Source of the DNA: a virus
Taxonomy: Duplodnaviria; Caudoviricetes
IMG/VR virus record: IMGVR_UViG_3300025122_000014
Location: 1 to 60,945 of that record
Direction: 5' to 3' (one strand)
Length of the DNA stretch: 60,945 bases
The translations under genes were made by a program, and so were the position numbers. Below the pieces are notes generated by a model, which saw only the letters and a program-made list of their open reading frames with translations, made no database searches and was not told the origin of the DNA. Position 1 is the first letter of the stretch; each line of letters opens with the position of its first letter. Shown piece after piece: positions 19,601 to 28,625 of this stretch.

Positions 19601-20072
19601 ACAAAATCTACATCCTGGTGGGACCCACACAGGACAATTAAAAATATTTTTCCCGGATGACACAGAACAAGTTCATAAAGCTGCAGACACAAACCCAATA
19701 CCAATAAGTTATCTCAAGAAAGTAATTTATGGTCATAATCAATTTGCTAGTAAAAGATGTCCGTGTTTTAAAGTACCTTCTGCTTTAGACGGTAATTTTG
19801 GTACTGAATTACAAAATAAAATTATGGAATATATGTCCGATGCTGTTATGTTTAGTCAGCAAGTGGGTGTCGAGCATGTAAAAATAGACGCAAAAGGTAA
19901 TCCATTAGGAGGTGGTGGTACAGCTTTGGAAGCGGAGATATATTATGATTCCCACGGAACTACCTATTATCCATACATAGATGGATGGGAAGGAGGGCCT
20001 CATTCAGGTAGAAAACCGACCATATATAAGGATGGTGATTTTACATGGTCAAATAGAAGAGACATAACTTAA
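16602..20072 (+). CDS. Baseplate hub protein, C-terminal part (gp27/VgrG-like end) fused to a zinc N-acetylmuramoyl-L-alanine amidase (Amidase_2)
   Basis: Frame is open from 16602 (first start GTG 16734). Hub motif YTCKVEAMGNATIQP...GPYLITKVTHSI...TSFEGVR; amidase motifs IVVHVTA, GFSGIGYHYLI, GAHTTGKNSIS, YGHNQF, KRCPCF. Confidence 0.75.
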   Translation, partial: QHINYGTDHLTSVWKDFDAAKSFNPNSPNPQLSYQYTLNLGTDGVPILFSSEIPIGGNFEKIDLGFYPEIINLSNYFVTGSLLFSTNYTSPEIDFYINNELLNVKKSNGTTILANPGFDVNNPLRNMSCSFWYSYYDMEKDSLYSGYSSSYLLFPSTGGLKYAQTKNEFFDSVGTLKKEIYGSKSTHNGATRFAWGLSPYGFFEHNNMSFPPPDRYIKKIDTMSNSQDDFDILFCDGDNECYDTIEEIFDIFDDNILDSFEEYFLNFSSSSNKFNNNMAGLNAGDPNSGTTITTPYGNFGSGDIRNFQSLLRSFMILEKDRVGTPSNNNTDFGKQLANAQTKKLHEKLKLFLEINVAMRLSNPNQLDLLSLRTFVGETNYYDFGTYQYDLPPDVTLAVSETSHPLEYKALRTKLGFFSDNFLKYSDTGSYVFDFFRVMDVEFSVPNIERLYTIIRQYITYVALNGPITRTAFIDYLTNGLDELYQGQIQMLEETFLKIKEVLPDVPEERVGEFQSMLESDEQKLELYLQFQTLNNKWISGTDVVNKTIFEDFMFLDRANRDIGSTAIMDVYALKKFTNVDNAGASFYNLLGSLLDSNYFLFLPLPTYINFYGTQTVNNEAISRFGSTEEAGSLFGTHMEVDTIDTGPKFICMYVGERSQHPDMQTEQYRYKTDSFLLGRTADNPLFNVCDNPGKCNKVVAFAVDFGLENQNMFKGISLDQADFQNTSETFSLTQAIADSQSGRDIATQGTSLFNVYRSRSYTCKVEAMGNATIQPTMYFMLRHVPMFNGPYLITKVTHSITPNDMNTSFEGVRSPFYKLPDIENLVARVNKSYLNRIKKKKEIEKSKGGFNPEGTKYTDPPGFSSSSKPGPNGSIRMIVVHVTAGEDYGANPVIEINRQHINRGFSGIGYHYLISRGTGGSQPDGAIMAGRPAGKIGAHTTGKNSISYGVSMVANCAKSGTYDSTPTSTNPYATTAQKESLVNLLVYLLFKSRIFLAMHGQNLHPGGTHTGQLKIFFPDDTEQVHKAADTNPIPISYLKKVIYGHNQFASKRCPCFKVPSALDGNFGTELQNKIMEYMSDAVMFSQQVGVEHVKIDAKGNPLGGGGTALEAEIYYDSHGTTYYPYIDGWEGGPHSGRKPTIYKDGDFTWSNRRDIT

Positions 20073-20091
20073 CATTTGTTTAATAACTGTA

Positions 20092-20098
20092 TATTTAT
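20092..20098 (+). promoter_or_regulatory. TATTTAT motif, putative late promoter
   Basis: 14 nt upstream of ATG 20113. Confidence 0.65.
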
Positions 20099-20112
20099 AA
20101 TAAAAAGTGATT

Positions 20113-20319
20113 ATGTCAGAAAAATTAGAAAACACATTAGATAATTTTCTTGGTAAAGAAAAAGGAAAAATTAAAGAAACCAATCTAGGTAATGGATATA
20201 CTGAAGTATGTGATTTAGAGACAGGTGAATGTCATACTATTAAAACTAAAGATGGTTTAGTAGAAAAGGTTAATAAAACAATGATAATAGAAGACGGTAG
20301 AACTCTTTTAAATGGCTAA
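20113..20319 (+). CDS. Small hypothetical protein
   Basis: 68 aa from ATG 20113, preceded by TATTTAT; overlaps the next gene; contains EVCDLETGEC. Confidence 0.7.
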   Translation: MSEKLENTLDNFLGKEKGKIKETNLGNGYTEVCDLETGECHTIKTKDGLVEKVNKTMIIEDGRTLLNG

Positions 20320-21070
20320 TATGGAAATAGATAAAATTTTAACAGAAGAACTTAAAAGACACGGTCAAATTAATTCGTATGTAACTAATATCCTTGAACA
20401 AGATGAAGGAGATGCACCTATAGAAGATATTGATATGGATATACCCGCTGAAGAAGGTGATATAGATATGGCAGCAGTAGAAGGTCCAGGAGCTGAAGGA
20501 GGCGAAGAAGGCGGTGGTGATTCAGAATTTGCAGATGTAGATGCAGAAACAGATGAGGAAACTCCCCCAGCTGAGGGTGAAGAAACGGATACTGATACAA
20601 CTGAAGGAGGTACAGAAGAAATAGACGTTACTGATATTGTAGATACTGCACAGGAAGCCAGTGACAAAGCAGGTAAAGCTGTAGAAGGTATAGATTCACA
20701 AAATCAAAAAATAGATAGTTTAATCTCTAAGTTAGATAATCTAGAATCTAAATTAGGTGAAATGGACCAAGTAATGGCTAATATAGAAGCATTAGAAGGG
20801 AAGATTGAGTCACTAAGACCACCAACTCAAAAGGAAAGACTGGAAATGAGGTCATTAGATAGTGGACCATTCACTCAAACACCATCTGATTTTTTTGATG
20901 AAAAAAAGCCAGAAATGGAAAAATCAGGAAAAAATGAGTATGTTTTAACACAAGCAGATGTAGATAATTATAATGACGCTGAAATAGAAGCAAGTTTAGA
21001 TGGACCAGACAAAGAAGAAACTAATGAAAATGAGGAGGTTTACGAAAGAAAGTTAAAAGTCTTTAGATAA
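20312..21070 (+). CDS. Acidic coiled-coil hypothetical protein (possible head assembly/scaffold-type)
   Basis: 252 aa; acidic linker, heptad region IDSLISKLDNLESKLGEMDQVMANIEALEGKIESL, LTE/ILE motifs at the N-terminus. Confidence 0.7.
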   Translation: MANMEIDKILTEELKRHGQINSYVTNILEQDEGDAPIEDIDMDIPAEEGDIDMAAVEGPGAEGGEEGGGDSEFADVDAETDEETPPAEGEETDTDTTEGGTEEIDVTDIVDTAQEASDKAGKAVEGIDSQNQKIDSLISKLDNLESKLGEMDQVMANIEALEGKIESLRPPTQKERLEMRSLDSGPFTQTPSDFFDEKKPEMEKSGKNEYVLTQADVDNYNDAEIEASLDGPDKEETNENEEVYERKLKVFR

Positions 21071-21105
21071 TATTCTCGATAAAAAAAAATAATTGAAATT
21101 AATTG

Positions 21106-21134
21106 GACGGGGACTTTACCTCGTCTTTTTTTTT
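21106..21134 (+). terminator. Intrinsic terminator separating structural and replication genes
   Basis: GACGGGG-ACTTTA-CCTCGTC hairpin followed by nine T. Confidence 0.85.
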
Positions 21135-21194
21135 ATCTATATTTTAATAAAAATTCGAATTTTATATTAATTAATTAAAAAAAAAACACACATT

Positions 21195-22058
21195 ATGAGC
21201 AGTTTAGACGCAATACTTAACCAGTATCAAAAAAATCAAAAATCTAATTCCGATAGGAAATTTGTCAGCAATGAAGACAGACTAAAAAAATACTTTGCCG
21301 CCTTCCTACCAAAAGGACAAAAAGAAGGTGAAAAAATAGTAAGAATTTTACCAACACAAGATGGTTCATCACCATTTAAAGAAGTATGGTTCCATGAAAC
21401 CCAAATACAAGGAAGATGGCAAAAATTATACGACCCAGGTAAAAATTCAGATGGGTCACCTACAGGTGAAAGAAGCCCTTTAAATGAAGTTGAAGAGGCT
21501 TTGAAACTTACAGGTAATGAACAAGATAAAGAATTAGCTAGACAATATAGGTCTAGAAAGTTTTACATTGTTAAAGTAGTAGACAGACAAAACGAAGATG
21601 ATGGCGTAAAATTCTGGAGATTTAAACACAATTATAAAGGAGATGGTATTATGGACAAACTTATACCATTATTTCAAAAAAGAGGAGACATAACAGATTT
21701 AAAAGAAGGTAGAGATATTATACTTATTCTTAAACAAGTTAAGTCACCAAACGGCGCAACATATACTTCTGTAAGCACTATAATGACAGAAGACCCATCA
21801 CCACTTAGTACGGATGAATCATCAACGAATGAATGGTTGGGTAATGACGAAGGATGGAAAGATGTATATGCCCAAAAATCAGTAGAGTATTTAGAAGCAA
21901 TCTCAAAAGGGGAAACACCAGAATGGGATAGCGAACTTAAAAAATACGTATACACAGGCTCAGAACAAACAGAGATGAATGCTGATACAAAAGACACAGA
22001 AAAAGATTTTACGGACCCACAAAGCAAATCCCCACAAGATGAGGATTTGCCATTCTAA
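21195..22058 (+). CDS. Single-stranded DNA-binding protein (T4 gp32-like)
   Basis: Motifs VRILP, PFKEVWFH, KFYIVKVVDR, GVKFWRF, DITDLKEGRDI; acidic tail ending DEDLPF; next to the recombinase gene. Confidence 0.85.
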   Translation: MSSLDAILNQYQKNQKSNSDRKFVSNEDRLKKYFAAFLPKGQKEGEKIVRILPTQDGSSPFKEVWFHETQIQGRWQKLYDPGKNSDGSPTGERSPLNEVEEALKLTGNEQDKELARQYRSRKFYIVKVVDRQNEDDGVKFWRFKHNYKGDGIMDKLIPLFQKRGDITDLKEGRDIILILKQVKSPNGATYTSVSTIMTEDPSPLSTDESSTNEWLGNDEGWKDVYAQKSVEYLEAISKGETPEWDSELKKYVYTGSEQTEMNADTKDTEKDFTDPQSKSPQDEDLPF

Positions 22059-22070
22059 TAAAAGAGAAAT

Positions 22071-23066
22071 ATGGCAATAAAGAAAAAGAATTTTTCAGAA
22101 ATTAAACAAAAATTTTCTAAAAAAGCAACGTACAAAGTAGATAAGTTCTTTGATTTAGGTGAAGCTTTCATAGACGCGACCGGATTACCCGGTCCGGCTA
22201 TGGGACACATTAATATGATGTTAGGCCATAGTGATACTGGAAAAACTACAGCATTAGTTAAAACAGCTGTTGACGCACAGAGAAAAAATATATTACCAGT
22301 TTTCATTATTACAGAACAAAAATGGGATTTTGACCACGCTCAATTAATGGGGTTAGAGTGTGAGAGAAGTGATGACGGTGAATGGGACGGATTCTTTCTT
22401 TTTAATAACGACTTTCAATACATAGAACAGATTGCTGATTATATTAATGAACTTATAGACGCTCAACTTAAAGGTGAGATAGAATATGATTTATTATTTT
22501 TATGGGATTCTGTTGGTTCGGTACCATGTAAGATGACTTTTGATGGAAAAGGTGGAAAAATGCATAACGCTGCCGCATTAGCTGATAAAGTGGGTATGGG
22601 GTTAAATCAAAGAATTTCAGGAAGTAGAAAAGAAAGTTCCAAATACACTAATACATTAGTAGTAGTTAACCAACCTTGGGTAGAATTACCAGACAACCCA
22701 TTCGGTCAACCAAAAATAAAAGCTAAAGGAGGGGAAGCCTTATGGTTAAACTCAACGATAGTTTTCCTATTCGGTAATCAAAAAAATGCTGGTATAGGTA
22801 AAATAACCGCGACAAAAGATAAAAGAAAGATTAAATTTGCTACTCGAAGTAAAATTTCTGTTATGAAAAACCACGTTAACGGACTAGGATACGATGATGG
22901 TAAGATTTTAATAGTAGCACATGGGTTTCTAAAAGGTAGAGACAAAAAAGACGAAAAGGCTGCTATTGACAAGTATAAAGAAGAAAATTCCTCATACTGG
23001 AATAGAATTATAGGTAGTGAAGGGGACTTCAACATCGCTGATGAAGAAACTGGAGAGTTATATTAA
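22071..23066 (+). CDS. recA: RecA/UvsX-family recombinase
   Basis: Walker A GHSDTGKTT, Walker B LFLWDSVGS, VVVNQ, KAKGGEAL. Confidence 0.9.
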   Translation: MAIKKKNFSEIKQKFSKKATYKVDKFFDLGEAFIDATGLPGPAMGHINMMLGHSDTGKTTALVKTAVDAQRKNILPVFIITEQKWDFDHAQLMGLECERSDDGEWDGFFLFNNDFQYIEQIADYINELIDAQLKGEIEYDLLFLWDSVGSVPCKMTFDGKGGKMHNAAALADKVGMGLNQRISGSRKESSKYTNTLVVVNQPWVELPDNPFGQPKIKAKGGEALWLNSTIVFLFGNQKNAGIGKITATKDKRKIKFATRSKISVMKNHVNGLGYDDGKILIVAHGFLKGRDKKDEKAAIDKYKEENSSYWNRIIGSEGDFNIADEETGELY

Positions 23067-23096
23067 AAATATTGTTTAACCTATAAAAAATTACCA

Positions 23097-24104
23097 GTGA
23101 CACACACTCTTATTATTGATGGAAACTCCCTATTTAAAATAGGATTTCATGGCGTAAAAAATTTTTACAATGACGAACAACACGTAGGTGCTATTTTTCA
23201 TTTTGTTAATACCATTAAAAAAGGATTAATAGAAGAAGGATATGATAAAGTTGTTGTTTTTTGGGATGGCCAAGAAAATAAACTAAAAAGAAGAGAGATA
23301 TATCCCCCTTATAAGGTTGGTAGGAAACGAGACTCAATGCGAGAAGACAGTGAGTCTTTTCGATACCAACACAATAGAATTAAAGAATACTTAGAAGATT
23401 TATTTGTACGACAAGGAGAATACAAATATGCTGAAGCTGATGATTGTATAGCGTACTATTGTCACAACTCCCCGAAAGAAAAGAAAACGATATATACCGT
23501 AGATAAAGATTTAACACAATTAATATCGGAAGATGTTAAAGTGTATCTTGCATCTACAAGAACAGAATTAACACATAAAGATAAAATACCTTTAAGACAT
23601 ATTTCTATACCACCAGCTAATATGCCTTTAGTTAAAATTTTGGTAGGTGATAGTTCAGATAATTTTGGCGGTATAGAAAAGTTAGGTGAGAAAACTTTAT
23701 TAAAAATGTTTCCAAAAGTTATAGAAGAAGATATTAATTTTGATTACATTTTTGATATTAGTAGAGAAATTATTAACGATTCCCCAAATAATGTTATAGC
23801 TAATAACATTCTTGATGGCAAGAGTAGAGAAGGTAAATTTGGTTTGGATTTTTATTCTATGGGGACCAAATTAATAGATTTAAAACAACCTATACTAAAA
23901 GAAGAAAATAAAAAAGAAATAGATGAATTGATTAATTCACCACTAGACCCAACAGGAAGACACTGGAAGAACGTTATAAAATTAATGATGGAAGATGGGT
24001 TATTTAGGTTTTTACCAAAGAAAGATGATGGTTGGTCAGAATATCTACAACCCTTTATAAAATTAGGAAGAACAGAAAAGAAAAAATATAAAAAATTAAA
24101 ATAA
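23097..24104 (+). CDS. 5'-3' exonuclease / flap endonuclease (T4 RNase H, Pol I N-terminal-like)
   Basis: Motifs IIDGNS, VVFWD, RREIYPPYK, EADD, TVDKDLTQL and H3TH motif GDSSDNFGGIEKLGEKT. Confidence 0.92.
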   Translation: MTHTLIIDGNSLFKIGFHGVKNFYNDEQHVGAIFHFVNTIKKGLIEEGYDKVVVFWDGQENKLKRREIYPPYKVGRKRDSMREDSESFRYQHNRIKEYLEDLFVRQGEYKYAEADDCIAYYCHNSPKEKKTIYTVDKDLTQLISEDVKVYLASTRTELTHKDKIPLRHISIPPANMPLVKILVGDSSDNFGGIEKLGEKTLLKMFPKVIEEDINFDYIFDISREIINDSPNNVIANNILDGKSREGKFGLDFYSMGTKLIDLKQPILKEENKKEIDELINSPLDPTGRHWKNVIKLMMEDGLFRFLPKKDDGWSEYLQPFIKLGRTEKKKYKKLK

Positions 24105-24112
24105 ATAAGGCT

Positions 24113-24571
24113 ATGAAAATTAAGAATGATAATTTAAAAGATGTAACAAAATTTGAGTTTCTATTAACCATTGACGACAATATTATTTGTCAACGATACT
24201 TCAATGTTAGGAAATATAACCCAAAAACAAGGGACTCTATTGATGTATATGACACAATGTCCTACATATCAAGTGAACTAGAAGATAAGCTCGTAAAGAA
24301 GTCTATTGATAAACTTTATGACGAATATAACCCTTATAGGTTTAGAAGAGAATTTGATGACAAATTGACGAATAATGATAAACCTAGTATATGGGATGAA
24401 AAATTTCATCTTATTTTGAAGCTAAATGGAAGTGAGATATATCATAAAATTTTACCTGCAGGGGCATACCCACCCAAGGTAAGATATACTGTGGACATTA
24501 GACCTACCATACCTAGAATCTTGAATGAGTTATCAGACACTTTGTCACGTAAAAAACTTAGCTATTATTAG
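24113..24571 (+). CDS. Hypothetical protein in replication block
   Basis: 152-aa ORF packed between exonuclease and helicase; no recognisable motif. Confidence 0.75.
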   Translation: MKIKNDNLKDVTKFEFLLTIDDNIICQRYFNVRKYNPKTRDSIDVYDTMSYISSELEDKLVKKSIDKLYDEYNPYRFRREFDDKLTNNDKPSIWDEKFHLILKLNGSEIYHKILPAGAYPPKVRYTVDIRPTIPRILNELSDTLSRKKLSYY

Positions 24572-24593
24572 CAGAGAATACACTTAATAAAAC

Positions 24594-24600
24594 TATTTAT
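24594..24600 (+). promoter_or_regulatory. TATTTAT motif upstream of helicase
   Basis: 20 nt upstream of ATG 24621. Confidence 0.55.
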
Positions 24601-24620
24601 TATTACACTAAAAGAAACAT

Positions 24621-26003
24621 ATGATTACGAATAACGAAAATTTTGGATACCTAGGAAATAATTTTCAATTAAAGCTAATTAATCAAATAATAACCGACAA
24701 AAAATTTGCAGGGCTTATTATTGATGTGATAGAGTCTCGCTACTTTGACAACCAATATTATAGATTAATTATGCAAATGGTAAAAGAGTATTACGAGAAC
24801 TACCAAACCACACCATCATTCGATGCTTTAGACCAGATTACCAGAATAGAAGTAACTTCTGAAATGGCACAAAGGAATATATTTGATATGATGAAGGAGA
24901 TTAAAAAGATATCGTATGAAGACCATCTTTGGGTCCAAGAAAAATCTCTTAAATTCTGTAAACAACAAGAATTAAAAAAGGCTATTAAAAAGGTTAATAA
25001 GATTTTAGAGAAAGGTGATTTTGAATCATATGATAAATGTGAAGAATATATAAGAGACGCTATACAAGTTGGGGAAGATAGTGAGGGGGCATTAGATGTT
25101 TTTTCTAAATTAGAGGAGGCATTACAAGAGGATTTCAGACACCCTATAGCTACCGGTATATCTGGTATAGATAATTTATTAGACGGTGGTTTAGCAAAAG
25201 GAGAAATAGGTGTTTTTCTAGCACCAACAGGTGTCGGTAAAACAACAATATTAAGTAAAATAGCTAATGAGGCTTATAACTCTGATTATAATGTATTACA
25301 GATATTTTTTGAAGATAACCCTAAAATTATACAACGTAAACATATAACATGTTGGACGAAAATTGCATCAAAACAGCAATCTGAAAAGAAGGAAGAAGTA
25401 TTAGAAAAGTTAGCTAAATGTAGAACAAAAGGCAAATTAATATTGGAAAAGTTACCATCAGATAGTATTACTATGACTAATATCAAGAATAAAATAAGAA
25501 AATTGGTATCAGAAGGTAATAAATTTGATATGATAGTTTTAGACTATATAGATTGTGTTATACCTAGTAGAAATTTTGATAATGAATGGAAAGGTGAAGG
25601 TGCAGTAATGAGACAGTTTGAAACTATGTGTACAGAAATGGATTTAGTAGGTTGGACAGCAGCACAGGGAAATCGTTCATCTATAAGTTCAGAGGTTGTA
25701 ACCACAGACCAAATGGGAGGTTCCATTAAAAAGGCACAAGTGGGTCACGTAATAATATCTATTGCAAAGACCTTACAACAAAAAGAATTGGGTTTAGCTA
25801 CTATCGCTATAACTAAATCAAGAATAGGTCAAGATGGTATTGTATTTGAAAATTGTAAATTTGATAATGAAATGTTAGAGATAGATACCGCACAATCACA
25901 AACTTTCCTAGGCATAGAAGAGGGAAGAGAACAAAAAAATAGAGATAGAGTTACGCAAGCTCTACAAAGAAGAGAAAAAATAATTAATAAATCTAAAAGT
26001 TAA
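24621..26003 (+). CDS. Replicative DNA helicase (DnaB / T4 gp41-like, SF4)
   Basis: IATGISGIDNLLDGG, Walker A APTGVGKTT, IVLDYID, WTAAQGNR, KSR arginine finger. Confidence 0.92.
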   Translation: MITNNENFGYLGNNFQLKLINQIITDKKFAGLIIDVIESRYFDNQYYRLIMQMVKEYYENYQTTPSFDALDQITRIEVTSEMAQRNIFDMMKEIKKISYEDHLWVQEKSLKFCKQQELKKAIKKVNKILEKGDFESYDKCEEYIRDAIQVGEDSEGALDVFSKLEEALQEDFRHPIATGISGIDNLLDGGLAKGEIGVFLAPTGVGKTTILSKIANEAYNSDYNVLQIFFEDNPKIIQRKHITCWTKIASKQQSEKKEEVLEKLAKCRTKGKLILEKLPSDSITMTNIKNKIRKLVSEGNKFDMIVLDYIDCVIPSRNFDNEWKGEGAVMRQFETMCTEMDLVGWTAAQGNRSSISSEVVTTDQMGGSIKKAQVGHVIISIAKTLQQKELGLATIAITKSRIGQDGIVFENCKFDNEMLEIDTAQSQTFLGIEEGREQKNRDRVTQALQRREKIINKSKS

Positions 26004-26008
26004 AATAT

Positions 26009-27937
26009 ATGGAGATTTCAAATAAAATTTTATCAGATATTACAGTTTATATGAAGTATGCAAAATACTTACCAAAACTAAATAGAAGAGAGACATGGGA
26101 AGAGTTAGTAACGCGTAATAAAAATATGCATATAAAGAGATATCCTCATATAATAGAGGATATTGAAGAAAAATATAAATTGGTATATGATAAAAAAGTA
26201 TTACCATCAATGAGAAGCATGCAATTCGGTGGTAAACCAATTGAAATTTCTCCAAACAGAATTTACAATTGTGCTTATTTACCCATTGACCATATTGATT
26301 CATTTAGTGAAACAATGTTTTTGTTGTTAGGTGGAACAGGAGTAGGATATTCAGTTCAAAAACATCATGTCGCGAAACTTCCACCTATACAACACCCTTA
26401 CCCTAAAAGAAAAAAGAGATTCTTAATTGGGGACTCAATAGAAGGGTGGGCTGATTCAGTTAAAGTTTTAATGAAATCATATATGAATGGTGGTGGAAGT
26501 AAAATAGACTTTGATTTCTCAGATATAAGACAAAAAGGAGCAAGATTAGTAACTTCAGGAGGAAAGGCACCAGGACCCCAACCACTTAAAGAATGCTTAG
26601 TTAAAATAGAAGGTGTTTTGTCTAATAAAGAAAATGGGGACCATCTTACAACATTAGAAGTACATGATATTGTTTGTTATATTGCAGATGCAGTTTTGGC
26701 AGGAGGTATCAGACGAGCAGCATTAATTTCTTTATTTAGTGCGGATGATAATCAAATGATTGGTTGTAAGGCTGGTAATTGGTGGGAACTTAATCCACAA
26801 AGAGGTAGAGCTAATAATTCAGCATGTTTAATGAGACATAAAATTACTAAAGAGTTTTTTATGGATATATGGAAAAGAGTTGAACTTTCAGGTGCAGGAG
26901 AACCAGGTATCTATTTGAATAATGATAAAGATTGGGGAACTAATCCATGTTGTGAGATAGCTTTACGTCCATATCAATTTTGTAATTTATGTGAGGTTAA
27001 TGTAAGTAATATAGAATCACAAGAAGACTTAAATGAAAGAGTTAAAACAGCCGCATTTATAGGAACACTTCAAGCAGGATATACGGCTTTTCATTATTTA
27101 AGAGAAGTTTGGCAAGAAACAACTGAAAAAGACGCTTTAATTGGTGTTTCTATGACTGGTATAGGGAGTGGCAAGGTTTTAAAGTATGACACTAAAAAAG
27201 CTGCAAGTTTAGTTAAAAGAGAAAATACGAGAGTATCTAAATTATTAGGAATCAATCAAGCTGCAAGATGTACAACAGTAAAACCCGCAGGAACAACCTC
27301 ATTGGCATTAGGAACGTCATCCGGAATTCATGCATGGCATAATGATTATTATATTAGAAGAATTAGAGTTGGTAAAAATGAAGCAATATACACTTATCTA
27401 AAAGTAAATCACCCAACTCTGATAGAAGATGATTACTTTAGACCACACGATACAGCGGTAATTAGTATTCCACAAAAAGCTCCAAAAGGGTCTATTTTAA
27501 GAACTGAATCCCCATTCCAACTCCTAGAGAGGGTTAAAAAAGTTGCAACTGAATGGGTACGTTCTGGACATAGAAAAGGCTCGAATTCTCACAATGTATC
27601 TGCCACAATATCGTTAAGAGACCATGAATGGGATAAAGTAGGAGAATGGATGTGGGAAAATAGAAAACACTATAATGGACTTTCAGTATTACCTTACGAG
27701 GGTGGAACATACACTCAAGCACCATTTGAAGATATAGTAGAAGCACAATATCATAAAATGATGAAAACTTTAATTGATATAGATTTAACACAAGTAGTAG
27801 AACTAGAAGATAATACAGATTTATCTGGTGAATTAGCGTGTGCAGGTGGTAGCTGTGAAATTGACGTAGATTTGAAAAATTTAAACGGAAATGGGACTAT
27901 TAAAAAGAAAGAAGCAAGTGAAACACAAATTCAGTAA
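26009..27937 (+). CDS. nrdJ: Class II adenosylcobalamin-dependent ribonucleotide reductase (monomeric RTPR type)
   Basis: Motifs RRETWEE, LPSMR, YNCAY, GTGVGYSV, GGIRRAALI, TNPCCEI, FCNL, TVKPAGT and C-terminal CAGGSC; no beta-subunit gene adjacent. Confidence 0.93.
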   Translation: MEISNKILSDITVYMKYAKYLPKLNRRETWEELVTRNKNMHIKRYPHIIEDIEEKYKLVYDKKVLPSMRSMQFGGKPIEISPNRIYNCAYLPIDHIDSFSETMFLLLGGTGVGYSVQKHHVAKLPPIQHPYPKRKKRFLIGDSIEGWADSVKVLMKSYMNGGGSKIDFDFSDIRQKGARLVTSGGKAPGPQPLKECLVKIEGVLSNKENGDHLTTLEVHDIVCYIADAVLAGGIRRAALISLFSADDNQMIGCKAGNWWELNPQRGRANNSACLMRHKITKEFFMDIWKRVELSGAGEPGIYLNNDKDWGTNPCCEIALRPYQFCNLCEVNVSNIESQEDLNERVKTAAFIGTLQAGYTAFHYLREVWQETTEKDALIGVSMTGIGSGKVLKYDTKKAASLVKRENTRVSKLLGINQAARCTTVKPAGTTSLALGTSSGIHAWHNDYYIRRIRVGKNEAIYTYLKVNHPTLIEDDYFRPHDTAVISIPQKAPKGSILRTESPFQLLERVKKVATEWVRSGHRKGSNSHNVSATISLRDHEWDKVGEWMWENRKHYNGLSVLPYEGGTYTQAPFEDIVEAQYHKMMKTLIDIDLTQVVELEDNTDLSGELACAGGSCEIDVDLKNLNGNGTIKKKEASETQIQ

Positions 27938-28112
27938 AGAAATTTTATACCACTTTAATTGTGGTAAATGTAATAAATGGTGGTCAATTGCTGACTACCA
28001 TTTATTTTATAATAATGTACCAGAAAATGAAGAAATGGTACATAGTTTGATGATATGTCCTTATTGTGGACACAAAGAAACATTAATAGAAGTAAAAAAT
28101 GAGAAGATATAG
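27891..28112 (+). CDS. Small zinc-ribbon protein (start may be GTG 27918)
   Basis: CGKC...CPYC pair of CxxC motifs in 73 aa; overlaps the nrdJ 3' end. Confidence 0.7.
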   Translation: MGLLKRKKQVKHKFSKEILYHFNCGKCNKWWSIADYHLFYNNVPENEEMVHSLMICPYCGHKETLIEVKNEKI

Positions 28113-28145
28113 AATCTTATAAAGATAAAGAATAAAGCTTTAGTG

Positions 28146-28152
28146 TATTTAT
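28146..28152 (+). promoter_or_regulatory. TATTTAT motif, putative late promoter
   Basis: 13 nt upstream of ATG 28166, at the start of the baseplate wedge cluster. Confidence 0.65.
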
Positions 28153-28165
28153 AGTAAAATAAACT

Positions 28166-28624
28166 ATGGCAACAAACGGCACATTTGGTATAAATTTTCC
28201 TTTTCGTGATAGCTCGAAAGGGTATTACATGGAGATGACAGAATCCCCAGAAGAGGAAATACGAGCTGATTTTATCCATTTATTGTTAACTAGGAAAGGT
28301 ACCAGGTATTTTCTCCCAGATTTCGGAACAAGACTATATCAATTTATTTTTGAACCTATGGATAATCGGACTTTTGACGCTATAGAAGCTGAGATTAGGG
28401 ATGCTGTTAAAAAATATATACCTAATTTAAGAATAGATAAGATAACTATTACTCCTGCGGCAGAAGCGGAAGAGACTGAGGGTACTTTAGTCACTACTAA
28501 CGATGATAGGGTATATAGGGTAGCTGGAGCAGGAACCGATGATTATACGGCAAAGGTATTAATAGAGTTCACAATAACGGATAGTGCTTTTGAAACTAGA
28601 GACTTCGTAATAATAAATTTATAA
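28166..28624 (+). CDS. Baseplate wedge protein, gp25 / P2 gpW family
   Basis: LLLTRKGTRYFLPDFGTRLYQFIFEP...IRDAVKKYIP signature. Confidence 0.92.
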   Translation: MATNGTFGINFPFRDSSKGYYMEMTESPEEEIRADFIHLLLTRKGTRYFLPDFGTRLYQFIFEPMDNRTFDAIEAEIRDAVKKYIPNLRIDKITITPAAEAEETEGTLVTTNDDRVYRVAGAGTDDYTAKVLIEFTITDSAFETRDFVIINL

Positions 28625-28625
28625 G

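Noticed and set aside
16-20072. Extracellular contractile injection system, tailocin or T6SS interpretation
   Set aside because: Interspersed phage replication genes and phage-style late motifs indicate a lytic phage genome; no bacterial housekeeping context.
24569-24634. Possible TAG readthrough of the 152-aa gene
   Set aside because: The extension would run over the TATTTAT motif and the helicase start; no supporting signal.
22071-27937. Inteins or introns in RecA, helicase or NrdJ
   Set aside because: Protein lengths are normal and motifs contiguous; no intein splice motifs or homing endonuclease signature.
28061-28279. 72-aa minus-strand ORF with several Cys
   Set aside because: Overlaps both the Zn-ribbon and gp25-like genes and the TATTTAT motif; likely spurious.
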